From Bryobacterales bacterium (GTDB lineage Bacteria > Acidobacteriota > Terriglobia > Bryobacterales > Bryobacteraceae), in contig CAVUZF010000005.1 in NCBI GenBank assembly GCA_963745995.1, positions 1,266,568 through 1,330,567 on the forward strand: 64,000 nt of DNA, in the 5' to 3' direction. The first letter of the stretch is position 1, and every line of letters begins with the position of its first letter. Under the pieces are notes generated by a model. It did not search any database. It was not told the origin of the DNA and worked only from the letters and a program-made list of their open reading frames with translations. The translations under genes and the position numbers were made by a program. Positions 46,035-56,382 of this stretch are shown piece by piece.

Positions 46035-46478
46035 ATGCGCCTTTCCTATAACACGACGGTCGTCAGGCCGGCCGGTTCCCTCGTCGCAAAGTCAAAGATT
46101 GCCTTTTGGATGTTGACTACCTGGTTCCTTCTATTGGGGGGCGTTCAGTCGCTGGCCGGAAATCCGGCTGATGTGCCCAGCATCAGTGCGGGCATGGGAC
46201 CATGCACCGCGGACTTCACGGTGGTTGACTCTGCCAGTAAACCGGTCTTTGACGCCAAGGTTCACGTCAAGTTGAAGTACGGTTTCATGAGCAAGAAAGA
46301 TACTGACATGGAAGTGGGCACCAACAACGACGGCAAGGCGCACGTGGAAGGGCTGCCCTCAAAGCTCAAGAAGCCTCCCCTGGAGTACACCATCCAAAGC
46401 GGCGGGCTGACCCAGACCGTGACCAGCGATCCTGCTGCCGATTGCCACCCCACTTTCAAAGTCACGTTGGGGAAGTAA
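46035..46478 (+). CDS. Small exported hypothetical protein (carboxypeptidase-regulatory-like beta-sandwich suspected)
   Basis: ATG lies 7 nt after AGGAGA, followed by a hydrophobic anchor FWMLTTWFLLLGGVQSLAG. The stretch FTVVDSASKPVFDAKVHVKL...GTNNDGKAHVEGLP resembles CarboxypepD_reg-type modules. The call is weak. Confidence 0.45.
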   Translation: MRLSYNTTVVRPAGSLVAKSKIAFWMLTTWFLLLGGVQSLAGNPADVPSISAGMGPCTADFTVVDSASKPVFDAKVHVKLKYGFMSKKDTDMEVGTNNDGKAHVEGLPSKLKKPPLEYTIQSGGLTQTVTSDPAADCHPTFKVTLGK

Positions 46479-46503
46479 GCGGTTTAAGTGAACAGCCTTG
46501 GAT

Positions 46504-47628
46504 CTATCCGGTTGATCCGGAGGGTTTAGAATTCCTGGCGCGAAGGGGGAGGGCCTTCAAGCTTGGGGCATCCAGATCCGGGAACAGGACTCTGGCTTCG
46601 TATTGCCACCCGCGGCGTTTGTCGATTGCCCGCCGGCTGCGGTCAAGATAATGACGCAGTTCCTCCATTCCGTATTGCCTGGCAAGTTCGCGAGCGCTCA
46701 CTCCCGGGCGTTTGGCTTTGAGCACAAACCACTGCTCTGACTCTAACCACTTTTCCTGGTCTACATCTTCGGGGCGTTCTTTCAGCAACTTGTCCCGTTG
46801 GGGGATATTGAAGTTGATGTGATAGATGCCGCGATCCAGGTCCAACGTAACGCTCGTCACATTGACTCGTTCGCTCTTCTGGTAAAGGAGATTCTCTCCG
46901 GTAATGTCGAACACCAAGCAATCGCTCATCTGAGTTGTTGAAACAATGTAGTAATGGTGATTGAGAGCGTGCGCTTGCAGGGAAGTGCCGGCGGAATAGG
47001 CACTCGGCCAAATCACTACTTCCGCACCTTTGTCTGCCAAGCGCTGCCAAACCTCGGGGAAATTGACGTCAAAACAGGTGGCAAATCCCAGCAGTCCGAA
47101 GTCCGCACGGTAGACCTGTGCTTCATCGCCCACGTCTACAGGGGGGTGAACATCAAATTCATCCCAATAAGGAAAAATCTTGTCATAGACGCAGGCCACT
47201 TCGCCGCGGCGATCAAGCAGCACGACGGTATTGAGCCTGCGGTTCCCATCGATCCGGTCGATGGGGCACACAATGTAGGTGTTGTATTTCTTTGCCAGGG
47301 CAGCCATTCTCGTCACGGTTGGGCCGTGCAAGTCTTCTTTGCTTTGATCGTTTTGTCCTCGGGCGAGCTCTGGCAGGGCTATCATATCTACGCCGGCAGG
47401 CCCGGCTTTATCCACGTACCCGGCGATTTCTTCCAGCGACAAGCCGTTCGGGAAACTGATGCTCGTAATTCTGACGGGTCGGCCGACCTTATCATCAGAC
47501 GTGCTCGCGTGTTCTGCTTTCGCCTCGCTCATTCCATGGGCTGCGCCTGATACCAGGCCGGAATAGGTCGTTCCCGCGAGGCCACTCATACCTACCATGG
47601 AGTTCTTTAGGAAGGCTCGTCTTTTCAC
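46504..47628 (-). CDS. Carbon-nitrogen hydrolase (nitrilase superfamily) with Tat-type signal
   Basis: GTG follows AAGGAG. The N-terminus is KRRAFLKNSMVGMSGLAG. The candidate E-K-C triad context is IALPEL, VYDKIFPYW and GFATCFDVNFPE. Confidence 0.75.
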   Translation of the reverse strand: MKRRAFLKNSMVGMSGLAGTTYSGLVSGAAHGMSEAKAEHASTSDDKVGRPVRITSISFPNGLSLEEIAGYVDKAGPAGVDMIALPELARGQNDQSKEDLHGPTVTRMAALAKKYNTYIVCPIDRIDGNRRLNTVVLLDRRGEVACVYDKIFPYWDEFDVHPPVDVGDEAQVYRADFGLLGFATCFDVNFPEVWQRLADKGAEVVIWPSAYSAGTSLQAHALNHHYYIVSTTQMSDCLVFDITGENLLYQKSERVNVTSVTLDLDRGIYHINFNIPQRDKLLKERPEDVDQEKWLESEQWFVLKAKRPGVSARELARQYGMEELRHYLDRSRRAIDKRRGWQYEARVLFPDLDAPSLKALPLRARNSKPSGSTG

Positions 47629-48077
47629 ACAAACTCCTTTTCCTCAGCTTGCCCCGGAATTTTTCGCTAATCCTTTCCACTTTAGCTCTACTTTAGCTTC
47701 AAGAAAAGGCGCCGCTAAAGCCGGCCTTCAAAAAGGCCTGCACGCCTCCTACTTTCCCTTCTCGCCGGGACTCGTATGAAGCGCTCGCTGCCCGCTGCCG
47801 TCGACCTACTGCTGGCTTCCCGGCTGCAATCAAAGCCCTCGCCGATGAGGGGTCGGTGGGCAGAAATCTGGCGTCGGGATTCATGACCCGATACCAGTAC
47901 CATCTTCCCGAAGTCCCTCCCTGGGCAACCGAAACCGCACAGGATTCTTGATTCCCCACTGTGCCTCCTATTGCCAACGAACAATGGACGTATAATGGCT
48001 TGACTTTGCTAGACCGCCTCCCATATTGTCGGCGCGTTTGACGCATTTACTATGCGGAGCTTCAGGGTGATTCCTAA

Positions 48078-50679
48078 ATGAAAAAAGAGAACCGTTCTCA
48101 TGAGCTCAACCGCCGCGAGGCGCTGATTGGACTAGCCGGGTTTGCTGCAACGCCCATACTTGCCGAGCAAGGCGCAGGTGAACCGAAGCCGCATCCTTCT
48201 GCCTCTCCCAAGGAATTGCCATCCCCGTCGCTTGTGGTAAACGGCCGCGACCAATCTTTCGACCGGGACTGGCGGTTCCATCGTGGGGACGTCCCCGGCG
48301 CGGAGGCGCCGGGCTTCGATGACTCTCACTGGCGCAAGCTCGATCTTCCCCACGATTGGAGCATTGAGGATCTCACGCCCGTTTCCGAGGCATCGGGCGA
48401 GGGCACGATCTGGGTGGGGGGTAATGCACCGACGCGCATTGGCCCTTTCGATGTCGCACTTAGTGCCGGGCAAGAGGCAACGGGGTGGGTAGTGGGTGGG
48501 ACTGCGTACTACAGGAAGCGCTTTCGCACTCCACCTTCGGGCGAGAAGTCTGAAATTGAGATCCGCTTCGACGGGGTCTACATGAACTCCGACGTCTGGC
48601 TTAATGGACATCATGTCGGTTCTCACCCCTATGGCTACACCTCATTCGCCTACGATCTGACCCCATATCTGAACCATGGCGGCGAGAACATTTTGGCTGT
48701 TCGAGTCGCGTAATGAAGGCCAGAACAGCCGCTGGTACTCTGGTTCGGGAATTTACCGCCATGTTTGGCTCACTTTGACCGAAAAGGTCCGCCTGCCGCT
48801 TTGGGGCGTAAGTGTGACCACGCCCAAGGTGGCGGCTGATCTTTCCACCGTCGAAGTTGCCGTAAAAGTGGAAAATCGTGACAAGACTTCCGCAACCGTC
48901 ACGGTTCGTACCCAAATCATCGGGCCAAAGCGTGAAGTGGCGGGCAAAGCGGAGCAAGCGCTTGATCTTCCGGCGTCGGGGGAATCCACGGCGACCCAGT
49001 CTTTTGAAGTTAAGTCTCCGCAGCTCTGGTCACACGCCACGCCGCATCTCTACCACGCCGAAGTTGAGCTCCTGGTGGCGGGAAAAGTAGTGGACCAATC
49101 CGCGGTGACCTTCGGAATTCGCAGCATCGAAGTTGACGTCGACCACGGACTGCGCATCAACGGCGAGGTGGTGAAGTTGAAGGGCGGTTGTGCGCACCAT
49201 GACAACGGCTTGCTGGGTTCGGCCGCTGTTGACCGCGCGGAAGAACGCCGGGTTGAGTCCATGAAAGCGAACGGTTTCAACGCCATTCGAACCGCTCACA
49301 ACCCTCCTTCGCCGGCTTTTCTCGATGCCTGCGATCGCTTGGGAATGATGGTGATTGACGAAGCTTTTGACTGCTGGAATCTGGGCAAGAACGATGACGA
49401 TTATCATCTCTACTTCAACGACTGGTGGAAGCGGGATCTTGATAGCATGTTGCTGCGGGACCGGAATCATCCCAGCGTGATTTTCTGGAGCATCGGTAAT
49501 GAGATTGACGGCCGCCGCACGCCGGAGGGTGTGGCCATCGCCAAGCAGCTTCACGACGAGGTAAAGCGACTCGATCCCGTGCGCCCCGTCACCATGGCGG
49601 TTCCCGGGCCGTACGATCATAACCTGCCGCAGTGGCAAGCCAACGATCCCTGTTTTCTCCACGTGAATGTGGGGGGCTACAACTATCAGTGGCAGCAGTA
49701 CGAGCTGGACCACAAGCGATTTCCGCAGCGAATCATGATGGGCACGGAATCCTTCCCCATTGAAGCCTATGACAGTTGGCGTTCTGCGGAAAAACTCAGC
49801 TACGTGCTCGGGGATTTTGTTTGGACGGCCATCGATTACTTGGGAGAGTCCGCGATCGGGCACTCACTCCTTTCCCAAGAGCCTGCCAATTGGCGCCAGA
49901 AGTATCCCTGGTTTATTTCCTACTGCGGCGATATCGATGCCGTCGGCCACAAGAAACCGCAATCGTATTATCGCGACGTCCTTTGGGGGCAAAGCAAGCT
50001 GGAGATGGCGGTGCAGCGTCCGCTGCCGCCGGGAAGAACGGAAACGCTATCTTCGTGGGGCTGGTTGGACGAAGTGCGCAGTTGGACGTGGCCCGGTGTT
50101 GTTGGAAAACCTCTCAACGTGCGGGTGTATACCTCGGGCGATCAAGTTAAGATGGTTCTGAATGGAAAGGAAATTGGCTCCAAGCCGGTGCCGGAATCCG
50201 CTAAACTCATAGCGGAGTTCCAGGTGCCATACGAGGAAGGCGAATTGCGGGCTGTTGCCTTCAAAAACGGAACGGAAATCGCCTCGCAGACTTTAAAGAC
50301 GGTGGGGAAGCCGGCACGGCTTCGCTTGAGCGCCGATCGGCAAACCATCCTCGCCAGCCGCAACGATCTGGCCTATGTTACGGTACAAATAACAGATGCG
50401 GCGGGCATGCCGATCCCCGATGGCGTCCGCGCCATCGATTTCCAAATCGAGGGAGTGGGAGAACTGGCTGCCGCCGGTAGTGCCAATCCGAAAGACGTCA
50501 CCAGCTTCCGGCAGCCCACCTGTAGAACCTTCCGCGGAAAGTGCATTGCCATCTTGCGCCCCTCCGGGCATGGGGGCACAATCACCCTTAGGGCCAAATC
50601 TGCCGGACTTCAGCCCGCCGCCGTGGTGGTTACATGCTCAACGCATATGCCCGAAGCCGTGAGGCGGCCTATTTCGTAG
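48078..50679 (+). pseudogene. Glycoside hydrolase family 2 (beta-galactosidase/glucuronidase type), one frameshift
   Basis: Tat-like signal NRREALIGLAGFAATPILA. The GH2 N-terminal sugar-binding region reads DWRFHRGD...DDSHWRKLDLPHDWSIE. The frame changes at about 48708 from ...ENILAVRV to RNEGQNSRWYSGSGIYRHVWL. The TIM-barrel region contains FNAIRTAHNP, HPSVIFWSIGNE and GTESFP. Confidence 0.8.
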
Positions 50680-50702
50680 CGTGGGCGGGCTGCAAACCGT
50701 GC

Positions 50703-50787
50703 GTCTCGTAGGGTCTGGGCTTGCCTTGCCCTCGTTCCATGTGTCGACCGTACTACAAGGGCAGGGCAAGCACAGCCCCTACGAGAC
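50703..50787 (+). terminator. Long imperfect hairpin immediately after the GH2 stop (terminator or REP-like)
   Basis: GTCTCGTAGGGTCTGGGCTTGCCTTGCCC (50703-50731) pairs with GGGCAGGGCAAGCACAGCCCCTACGAGAC (50759-50787). 26 of 29 positions are complementary, with a 27-nt loop. There is no strong T tract. Confidence 0.4.
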
Positions 50788-51017
50788 ACTCAAATTGTTT
50801 GCTAAGAAAACGAGAACTTACCGTATTGCAGCGCGGCGCGGCAAAGCTGCTGAAGCAAGTCAAAAGGCAAAGCGCAAAAGGCAAAAGTTAAAAGCCGGAT
50901 GTTCAATATGAACTTGCCATAACAACAAGAAATCTGCGCCATTTGAGGTATCGTCCTATAAAGCACGGATTCTATGGAGTCATTCGCATCGTATAGAGGA
51001 CGTTTAGAGGTGGGGAC

Positions 51018-53516
51018 ATGCATCATGAAAAAGGGAAGCGGAAGCACACAGAACGTAGGCAACGAGCAATGACGCTCCTCAGCCGGCGGGATTTCCTTTC
51101 CTCCGTGGCGGTGGCAAGCGCGGCAGTTGTGGCGCCGGGGGCGCTCCCGAGCGCCATAGCGGCACCTCAAGCAAGTGTAACCTCGCCGATGCGTACGGTG
51201 CTCCCGCCTCCTGCCGGACAAGAGGCAAGTTACCAATGGTATTTGGGGCAATACACCGACCCCACGATGTTCACCGCGATCGGGCTACCCGCGGACCCCG
51301 CGGAGACCGCAGTATCACCCAACGGCGAGTTGGTGTACGCGAACGACATCGTCATCCAGGGCAGCAAGTACAAGAGCCACCTCATCACCGGAACGCCGTA
51401 TACGCGAAACTCGCTGGCATTCGCGTTATATGCGGAGGGCAAGATTGTGCCCATCGGCACAGGGGAACCCGCGCGGCAGTCCTTGGCAGACGGTTACATG
51501 CCCATTGTTGTGACCCGCTGGAAATATGGCCGCCTGGAAGTCCGCGAGACTGCGTTCTCCCAGCCCTTAGAGCAGACCGGCTACCAATCGGGGCTGGAGA
51601 GTACGCTGGGCTGGGCAGTCTTTGAAGTTACAAACCACAGCCAGACGGCAAGCCCGCTGACGCTGCTTGCCGCGCAGATGGGGGATGAGAGGGTCCCGAG
51701 ACGCGACCTCACCTATGGCCACGGAGCCGTGCAGGAGAAGGGCAGCGCCCTTTTCTCTGCGCAGGTTCCGGAAGGATTTGCGGCGGAATTTCACTCCGTC
51801 TTCCCGGCCGGAACAGAGGCCACAGCGGAAGCCGATCCGCTGGGTTTCCTGCGTACCTATACCGGCCTGTTTAATGTGCTCGCTGTGCAGGGCAAGATCG
51901 GGGCAGGCCGAACGGCGCGAATAGTTTTCAACCGAAGGTTTGACTTCCCCGGTGCGCTCCACTGGGGACCCAGCCCGCAACCCCCCGTCGCGGCAGAAGA
52001 GATCGCCAAGCGCTCCGCCGATGAGGCAATGCAAGCGGCGAACGTCGCCTGGAGCTCTCTCCACGGACGAGTGCAGCGCTTCATGACTCCGGACCAAAAC
52101 CTGAACAACATTGTCGACAAAGCGATGCTCGATGGCTATTTCCTGACCAAGCGCTGGAACGGCCAGTACATTGTGTTTGATTCGGTTTGCTACCGCTGCC
52201 AATGGGACGACTCGAGCACCAAGTGGATTTATGCCCTCGATCTTATGGGCGACCACCGAACGTCGGAGCGCTTGCTGGATACGGTTTTTGCGAGGCAGGG
52301 ACAGCGCAAGCCTGCCGGCACACGCATGCACGAAGGGTGTTTCTCCGACGTTACGAACACGGATCGCGACGGCAGCGATGCCTCCTGGGCCGCCTGCAAC
52401 GGCTGGGCGCTGTGGGCCATGACTGAGCATGTCCGGCTCACCCATAACCTCGGTTGGATCGAAAAACACCAGCAAAAGATTCTCGAGGGATGTGCATGGA
52501 TTCGCCGCGAGCGGCGATTTTCCCTGGAGAAGGTCGGCAATTCTTGCGCCGGTCTGCTTTACGGCAAGTTCGTCTGCGACCTGCCGGACCAGGGCAACGT
52601 GAGCGGAATAGGTTATTTTACCTACACGGACGCTATCAGCTACATGGGGCTGCATGGCATGGGTGAATTGTTAGTGGAATGTGGTCATGCGGAGGGAGAA
52701 CCTTGGCGGAGAGAGGCGGAACTCTATCGGAACGACATCATTGCTGCTATCGACCGTTTGACGGACAAATCCCAGGATCCCTGGTATATCCCCTGGATGC
52801 TGCACGCTCCGAAGTATGTAAACCGCTACTTCTACGATGCCGTCGGACCTATCAACCTTGCTTACGGCGGCGTATTGCCCCGTGACGATGAGCGCATTCA
52901 GAATGTCATCAGGTGGATCGTCGATCGAACCCATCATGGCAGCCTGGAGGAGGCCACTGCGGGCAGCAAACAAGCGACGGAAGGCGCCATGTTTTACAGC
53001 CAGGACCTGGCGATCGTCCTCCTGGAGCTCGGGCGAGTTGAGGACTTTCTGCGGATTTTCTACACCTTGCTGGCAGCGAACATCTCGCACCAAACACTCA
53101 CCACTTGCGAGTGGCGGAGCAACACGCAGCCCCACGTGCACTCGATCTCGAGTCTCATTCGGATGTTCCGCACCATGATGATCCAGGAAAGGGACGGCGG
53201 GCTCTATCTGCTGCAAGGGACTCCCCGGCGCTGGATGGAGCAAGGGAAGGGGTTGACCATTACCGAAGCTCCAACTTGGTACGGGGCGCTCTCTTTGGAG
53301 GTCAGGTCCGACATTCAAGCCCGCCAGGTAAAGGCCCAGATTAAGATCCCGGAACGGATTGGATCGACGCCCGTGCGCCTCCGCCTGCGCCTACCGGGCG
53401 GGAAGCGAATCGAGCGAGTTCAGGTCAATGGGCAGCCGCACCCGGGCGTTGAAGGGGAGTGGATTATCCTGAAGGGCCTTACGGGCAAGGCTGACGTAAT
53501 GGCCTTTTTGGTCTGA
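51018..53516 (+). CDS. Tat-exported 832-aa hypothetical protein, probably a glycoside-hydrolase-like (alpha/alpha)6-type enzyme
   Basis: ATG follows GAGGTGGGG. The twin-arginine signal is LLSRRDFLSSVAVASAAVVAPGALPSAIAAPQ. It is a large soluble protein sitting between GH2 and GH28 genes. The fold and function are inferred from context only. Confidence 0.5.
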   Translation: MHHEKGKRKHTERRQRAMTLLSRRDFLSSVAVASAAVVAPGALPSAIAAPQASVTSPMRTVLPPPAGQEASYQWYLGQYTDPTMFTAIGLPADPAETAVSPNGELVYANDIVIQGSKYKSHLITGTPYTRNSLAFALYAEGKIVPIGTGEPARQSLADGYMPIVVTRWKYGRLEVRETAFSQPLEQTGYQSGLESTLGWAVFEVTNHSQTASPLTLLAAQMGDERVPRRDLTYGHGAVQEKGSALFSAQVPEGFAAEFHSVFPAGTEATAEADPLGFLRTYTGLFNVLAVQGKIGAGRTARIVFNRRFDFPGALHWGPSPQPPVAAEEIAKRSADEAMQAANVAWSSLHGRVQRFMTPDQNLNNIVDKAMLDGYFLTKRWNGQYIVFDSVCYRCQWDDSSTKWIYALDLMGDHRTSERLLDTVFARQGQRKPAGTRMHEGCFSDVTNTDRDGSDASWAACNGWALWAMTEHVRLTHNLGWIEKHQQKILEGCAWIRRERRFSLEKVGNSCAGLLYGKFVCDLPDQGNVSGIGYFTYTDAISYMGLHGMGELLVECGHAEGEPWRREAELYRNDIIAAIDRLTDKSQDPWYIPWMLHAPKYVNRYFYDAVGPINLAYGGVLPRDDERIQNVIRWIVDRTHHGSLEEATAGSKQATEGAMFYSQDLAIVLLELGRVEDFLRIFYTLLAANISHQTLTTCEWRSNTQPHVHSISSLIRMFRTMMIQERDGGLYLLQGTPRRWMEQGKGLTITEAPTWYGALSLEVRSDIQARQVKAQIKIPERIGSTPVRLRLRLPGGKRIERVQVNGQPHPGVEGEWIILKGLTGKADVMAFLV

Positions 53517-53596
53517 CTTCAAACCTGAAAAAGTGGTCATCGGATTGAATCCCATGGAGAATCCCTACCAGATGGTGGTTCGGTACTGAGGGAAGC

Positions 53597-55282
53597 ATGG
53601 AGGGAAACGTGAGATTTCGATTTGATCCAAACAAATTCCTGGCAGGAGTGACCCTGCTGACGTTGCTTCTTGCCGGAAGCACCCGTCTTTTTGCGGGACC
53701 CGATGCAGTCTCGCACGGAAAGGTCGTTTACAACGTCAAAGATTTTGGCGCGACGGGGAACAAAGCTGACAATGCCCTGCCGGCGATTCAGAATGCCATT
53801 GACGCTGCTGCCGTCAAGGGTGGAACCGTCTACCTTCCCCCGGGCGATTACACCTCCGGGACGATTCACCTGCGCAGCCACGTGAATTTTTACCTGGAAG
53901 CGGGTGCCACGCTTTACGCTTCGGAAAACCCCAATGACTTTGCAGTGCAAAAGGTCAAGTCAAAGGACGCCTTGCTGTTCGGTGAAGACCTGGAAGACAT
54001 CTCGATCGGCGGCCGGGGAACCATCGACGGCCAGCAGACGTACTTTTGGGCTCCGGACACCATTGAACGCTCCTTCAGCCACAAGGTTCTGGTAGAGACG
54101 CTGCACAAGTCGCAGATGCGCAGCTATCCGTCGGGCTTTCCCAATCAGCAGGACTATCCTCATCTCTTATGGCTGGGACGCTGCAATAATGTGAGGATCA
54201 CCGGGCTCTCGTGGCTCCATTCACCGAGTTGGAGCTTTGCGCTGTTTGCCTGCTCGCGGGTGGTGATTGATGGCATCTACATTTACACCAGCCTGAAGGA
54301 AGCCGTCTGGGCCGATGGCATCGACATCGTGAGCAGCCACGACATCAGCATTTCCAACTGTACGATTGCCACCGGCGATGACTGCATTGCCATCGTCTGC
54401 GGCATTCCGGAATGGGGCCCCGATTACCCCACTGAAAATATCACCATAACTAATTGCCGGTTTTCTTCCGGCTCCGCCGCTATCAAGTTCACTGAGGGGA
54501 ACAGCCGCCTGGTGCAGCATGTGGTGGTCAGTAACTGTGCCATCTTCGACTGCAACCGCGGCATCACGCTGCAAATTGCCACCGGCGGCACGGTTCGCGA
54601 CGTGGTGTTCTCCAACATCACCATGGACCTCCACCGCTTTGATTGGTTCTGGGCGGGGGACGGCAACGCCTTCAATATCGAGATCCATCGGCCCAGCGAA
54701 TGGAACCAAGAGCCGCCCAAGCCCGGCGAACCGGGCCCCGGCTTGATTAAGGACGTCATCTTCCACGACATCATCGTGCACTGCCAGGGAACCTCCAAAA
54801 TCGAGGGGCATCCGGAAAGACCGCTGGAGGGAATTACCTTCTCGAACATCAAATTCTTCATTTCCAGCGATCCCAAGGCACCTTACGACACGGCGACTTC
54901 CGCCATGATCTTCCGCCGGGCAAAGAATCTGAGGCTGCGGAATATCGAGGTGTATTGGGACGAGCCCACATACGACAAATGGCAAAGTGCGCTGCTGGTG
55001 GAAGATGTCGATGGCCTTCAGCTTAGTGGTTTCACTGGGAATGCCGCGTGGCCGGAGCAAAATATACCCGCCGTTCAGTTCAATCGGGTGAAGAATGCGA
55101 ACGTGGATAGTTCGGTCGCGCCGGAGGGGACGAACATCTTCTTAAAGATCGCGGGCGCCGAAAGCCATGAAATTCATCTGTTTGGCAACGATTTTCACCA
55201 GGCCAAAGTGCCCTACGTACTTGACCCGGACGTGAAAACTGACACCGTGACGGCCTTGGATAATTTCATGCCCGCCAAATAG
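53597..55282 (+). CDS. Glycoside hydrolase family 28 (polygalacturonase / rhamnogalacturonase type, parallel beta-helix)
   Basis: Signal peptide, then YNVKDFGATGNKADNALPAIQNAIDAAAVKGGTVYLPPGDY (pectate-lyase-3-like start). The catalytic region reads WADGIDIVSSHDISISNCTIATGDDCIAI. Confidence 0.8.
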   Translation: MEGNVRFRFDPNKFLAGVTLLTLLLAGSTRLFAGPDAVSHGKVVYNVKDFGATGNKADNALPAIQNAIDAAAVKGGTVYLPPGDYTSGTIHLRSHVNFYLEAGATLYASENPNDFAVQKVKSKDALLFGEDLEDISIGGRGTIDGQQTYFWAPDTIERSFSHKVLVETLHKSQMRSYPSGFPNQQDYPHLLWLGRCNNVRITGLSWLHSPSWSFALFACSRVVIDGIYIYTSLKEAVWADGIDIVSSHDISISNCTIATGDDCIAIVCGIPEWGPDYPTENITITNCRFSSGSAAIKFTEGNSRLVQHVVVSNCAIFDCNRGITLQIATGGTVRDVVFSNITMDLHRFDWFWAGDGNAFNIEIHRPSEWNQEPPKPGEPGPGLIKDVIFHDIIVHCQGTSKIEGHPERPLEGITFSNIKFFISSDPKAPYDTATSAMIFRRAKNLRLRNIEVYWDEPTYDKWQSALLVEDVDGLQLSGFTGNAAWPEQNIPAVQFNRVKNANVDSSVAPEGTNIFLKIAGAESHEIHLFGNDFHQAKVPYVLDPDVKTDTVTALDNFMPAK

Positions 55283-55436
55283 AATCGTAACGCAGGCGTT
55301 GACGTGAGTCCGCAACGGAACTAATTCTCGAAGCGTCGGCAGCAGCTACGCCCTGGAGTTTCCACATTTTTCACGCGTCGCCGACCTGGGTAAGAGTGCG
55401 ATCTGCGAGTCGAAAATCGGAAACGTGCAACCCGGC

Positions 55437-55496
55437 TTTCCTACCGGCAGGAAATGTTGAGCCGATTTTGTAAAATTTTTTCCTACCGGCAGGAAA
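55437..55496. promoter_or_regulatory. Two identical 18-bp palindromic sites TTTCCTACCGGCAGGAAA (candidate operator pair)
   Basis: Exact copies lie at 55437-55454 and 55479-55496, 42 bp centre to centre. Each has TTTCCT/AGGAAA arms. They sit in the roughly 1.1-kb spacer between the GH28 and GH78-like genes. Confidence 0.5.
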
Positions 55497-55877
55497 AAGG
55501 CCAAGAATTCTCTTGACAGAACACCTGGGCTATGTATTAGCCTTGAATCGTAGGCTTGGGGGGGCCGTGGCGCCCCCGCCAAGATGCCCTGAAGATCGGA
55601 GGAAGATTCATGGAAAGGGGCCGATGGCGGCGTGGGTAAAGCTTCTCGTGGCGATCGCCCGTAAATGCTTCGTCGATGTCGCCGGCACGAGAGGGCCACA
55701 AAGCGTCGGTCCCAAGTTCCATTGCCGGAAGGCGCAGACGCAACTGATCCTTGAAAATGGGCGATGGAATTTTGAGACCGGGTAGTCCTGTCGCGGCGAG
55801 TTTAACGGCTTGGCTTCTTGATGGCGTTGGTTGGTTTCCTGTAACGGCGGGAAGCAGGTTCGGGAAAAACTCAATGG

Positions 55878-56155
55878 ATCCGGGAATGTTGATGAAGATA
55901 AAGGAACTTAGGGAGGGATCGCAGAGATGGGTCGGCTTTTCCCGAAAACCAAGTATTTGAAAGTAAATCGGTTATCAATTTCTATTGTAGGCTATCAAAG
56001 AGCAGAAGAATGACAGCAAAAATGAAGGGATATCCGGGAATGTTGATGAAAATAAATAACTTAAAAAATGACCTCGGGAATATCCGGGAATGTGTATGAA
56101 AAATAAACCACTTACCGACAAGAGCCGGGAATGTTGATGAAAGGAAAGAAGATAG
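55878..56155 (+). repeat. Four AT-rich direct repeats (CCGGGAATGTTGATGAAAATAAA-type) upstream of the GH78-like gene
   Basis: Copies lie at 55878-55910, 56032-56063, 56082-56114 and 56124-56155. Three share the identical 17-mer CCGGGAATGTTGATGAA. The core ATGTnnATGAAAA plus ACTTA matches the 33547-34081 array. Confidence 0.7.
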
Positions 56156-56382
56156 TTTCGCAATGCGATTACAAGGAACGAATCTCTCTTCAAAATGTAG
56201 AAACTCGATCGCGGTGGCAGAGGCCATCGCCTTCTGCCCGCGCCCCATACGGCGAAGGCTGCAAGAGTGAAAGAAAGGCGGTGGCGGATGCCACTCCAAG
56301 GAGAGTTGCGGCCGCGCCGTTTCATCGGCGCATGATTGTCAATCACCCGTCTCTGAATTCCGTGACAAGAAGGAGCAACACT

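Noticed and set aside
50759-50771. A 13-nt identity (GGGCAGGGCAAGC) between the GH2 hairpin and repeat copy 36450-36665
   Set aside because: In a 64-kb window searched on both strands, dozens of chance 13-mer matches are expected. There is no extended similarity around it.
55513-55545. Sigma-70-type promoter (TTGACA, 16 nt, TATTAG) downstream of the twin palindromes
   Set aside because: The -10 hexamer lacks the invariant final T. The nearest downstream start is more than 800 nt away, and promoter rules for this lineage are uncertain.
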